64,000 nucleotides of DNA from Squalus acanthias (lineage: Eukaryota): assembly GCA_030390025.1 (NCBI GenBank), contig CM059432.1, positions 56,484,001-56,548,000 on the forward strand, in the 5' to 3' direction. The position numbers and the translations under genes are program-made. Under the pieces are notes generated by a model, which searched no databases, was not told where the DNA came from, and saw only the letters and a list, made by a program, of their open reading frames with translations. This document shows, piece by piece, positions 61,487-64,000 of the stretch; the first letter of the stretch is position 1, and each line of letters starts with the position of its first letter.

Positions 61487-62924
61487 ATAAGAACATAAGA
61501 AATAGGAGCAAGAGTAGGCCATTCGGCCCTTTGAGCCTGCTCCGCCATTCAGTGAGATCATGGCTGATCTTCTGCCTCAACTCCATTCACCGGCCCTATC
61601 GCCATATCCCTTGATGCGCTTACTAGTCAGAAATCTATCTACTTCTGTTTTGAATATACTCAATGACTGAGCCTCCACCGCCCTCTGGGGTAGAGAATTC
61701 CAAAGATTCACCACCCTCTGTGTGAAGAAATTTCTTCTCATCTCAGTCCTGAATGGCCTACCCTTTATCCTGAGGCTGTGGCCCCTGGTTCTAGACTTTC
61801 CAGCCAAGAGAAACATTCTCTCAGCATCCACCCTATCAAGCCCTGTAATAATTTTGTATGCTTCAATGAGAACCCCTCTCATTCTTCTGAATTCAAGAGA
61901 ATACAGGCCTAGTTTACTCAATCTCTTCTCATACGACAGCCCCGCCATCCCAGGAATCAATCTCGTGAACCTTCGTTTCACTCCCTCTATGGCAAGTATA
62001 TCCTTCCTTGGGTAAGGAGACCAAAATTGTACACAGTACTCCAGGTGTGGTCTCACCAAGGCCCTATATAATTGGAGTAAGACTTCTTTACTCCTGTACT
62101 CAAATCCTCTTGTAATGAAGGCCAGCATACCATTTGCCTTCCTAATGGCTTGCTGCACCTGCACATTCACTTTCAGTGACTCATGTACAGGGACACCCAG
62201 GTCCCTTTGAGCATCTGAATTCCCCAATCTTTCACCATTTAGGAAATACTCAGCTTTTCTGTTTTTTCTACCAAAGTGGATAACTTCACATTTATCCACA
62301 TTATATTCCATCTGCCATGTTCTCGCCCACTCACTGAGCCTGTCGAGATCCCCCTAAAGCCTCTTCACATCCTCTTCACAACTGACGCTGCCACCTAGCT
62401 TTGTATCATCAGCAAATTTGGAAATGTTACATTTAGTCCCCTCATCCAAATCATTGATATAGATTGTGAATAGCTGGGGCCCAAGCACCGATCCTTGCGG
62501 TATCCCACTAGTCACAGCCTGCCATCCTGAAAAAGACCCGTTTATCCCTACTCTTTGTTTTCTGTCTGTCAACTAATTCTCAATCCATGCTAGTATATTA
62601 CCCCCAATTCCATGTGCCCTAATTTTGTTCACCAACCTCTTGTGTGGGACCTTATCGAAGGCCTTCTGAAAATCCAAATACACCACATCTACCGGTTCCC
62701 CTTTGTCTACTGCACTAGTTACATCCTCAAAGAACTCCAATAGGTTTGTCAAATAGGATTTCCCTTTCATAAATCCATGTTGACTCTGCCCAATCTTACT
62801 ATTAGTTTCTAAGTGCCCAGTTATTGCATCCTTTATAATAGATTCCAGCATTTTTCCAACTACTGATGTGAGGCTAACATGTCTGTAGTTCCCCGTTTTC
62901 TCTCTCCCTCCTTTCTTAAATAGT
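61486..62924 (-). mobile_element. 5'-truncated CR1 (copy H)
   Basis: 244-aa ORF 61577-62311 plus RT fragments, with tail cataagaacataaga at 61486. Confidence 0.93.
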
Positions 62925-63059
62925 ATCGCATCAACCATTTGGACAGGATCCACTGAAAAACCTACAGTCGTTTAATCACTCAAACAATCCATTGGGTTAA
63001 CTCTTGAATTAAAGAATTTGTAGTTATTTTTTAATAACGTGAAAATGGAAGAATCAGAA

Positions 63060-63237
63060 ACTGTGGTGGAAACAGAATGCATAAAGCTTTGAAAAGGGAA
63101 GTGGATAAATATTTGAAAAAGGAACATGTTAAAGGGTATGTGGAACAAGCAGGGGAACAGGACTAAGTGGATAGCTTTCTCAAAAAGCCAACATGAGCTG
63201 ATTGGCTTTTTGTGTGCTGTAAAGATCTATGTCTATT
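63060..63237 (+). mobile_element. Old CR1 3' end fragment
   Basis: aaaagggaagtggataaatatttg...tgtgctgtaaagatctatgtctat. Confidence 0.5.
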
Positions 63238-63297
63238 AAAGATCTGTACAGAAATCAAATGTATTTACAAGGTGTCACTTGAAATACTTACTCCTAA

Positions 63298-64000
63298 ATC
63301 ATAGAAATTTAAGGCTCATAAGGAGGCCATTCAGTCCATCGTGTCTGTGCTGGCCGAAAAAGAGCTATCCAGCCTAATCCCACTTTCCAGCTCTTGGTCC
63401 GTAGCCTTGTAGGTTATGGTACTTCCAATATATATCCAAGTACTTTTTAAATACGATGAGGGTTTCTGCCTCTGCCGCCCTTTCAGGCAGAGAGTTCCAG
63501 ACCCCCACCACCCTCTTGGTGAAAAAAGTTCTCTTCAACTCCCCTCTAATCCTTCTACCAATTACTTTAAATCTAAGGGAACTAGGTCCTACCTATTCAC
63601 TCTATCTAGGCCCCTCATAATGTTGTACACCTCAATTAAGTCTCCCATCAGCCTCCTCTGCTCCTAAGAAAACACCCCCAGCCTATCCAATCTTTCCTCA
63701 TAGATAAAAATCTCCAGTCCTGGCAACATCCTTGTAAATCTCCTCTGTACCCTCTCAAGTGCAATCACATTTTCCTGTAATGTGGTGACCAGAACTGTAC
63801 GTAGTACTCTAGCTGTGGCCTAACTAGTGTTTTATACAGTTCAAGCATAACCTCCCTGCTCTTCTATTCTGTGCCTCGGCTAATAAGGCAAGTATCCCGT
63901 ATGCCTTCTTAACCACCTTATCTACCTGTCCTGCTACCTTCAGGGATCTGTGGACATGCACTCCAAGGTCCCTCTGTTCCTCTGCACTTCTCAGTGTCCT
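63298..64000 (-). mobile_element. CR1 LINE 3' portion running off the window
   Basis: atcatagaa tail and reverse-strand LYKTLVRPQLEYYVQFWSPH motif near 63780-63840. Confidence 0.88.

Overview
This is eukaryotic, AT-rich, transposon-dense DNA. The repeat content (HE1-type V-SINE, Deu-domain SacSINE1-like SINEs, abundant CR1/HER1-type LINEs) points to a cartilaginous fish, probably a shark. The only host coding sequence I can support is one 131-bp internal exon (14816-14946, +) encoding DGISVAGLPLSSPFRQ...EYNPVK. This matches my recollection of vertebrate TRAPPC9 (NIBP), so the window is most likely two large TRAPPC9 introns. Nearly all listed ORFs are fragments of decayed retroelements: about 12 CR1 LINE copies, a second CR1/L2-group LINE, L2 pieces, a Penelope-like element (PLE; RT + GIY-YIG) and DIRS remnants. 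The window also has a solo LTR and many non-autonomous DNA transposons (Harbinger-like with 3-bp TSD, one Tc1/mariner-like). The most notable signal is a minimal type I hammerhead ribozyme motif at the PLE 3' end (37232-37268). It recurs in short 130-220 bp stand-alone insertions that share a fixed 3' end, two with perfect 14-15 bp TSDs and one forming an ~85-bp fold-back hairpin. Other points of interest are multi-layer nesting of elements, a 62-bp monomer array at the 5' end of a near-full-length CR1, and an intronic cluster of four CCAAT boxes plus a TATA-like motif. There is no prokaryotic system, CRISPR array or intact autonomous element. Family names come from recalled motifs, not database searches.
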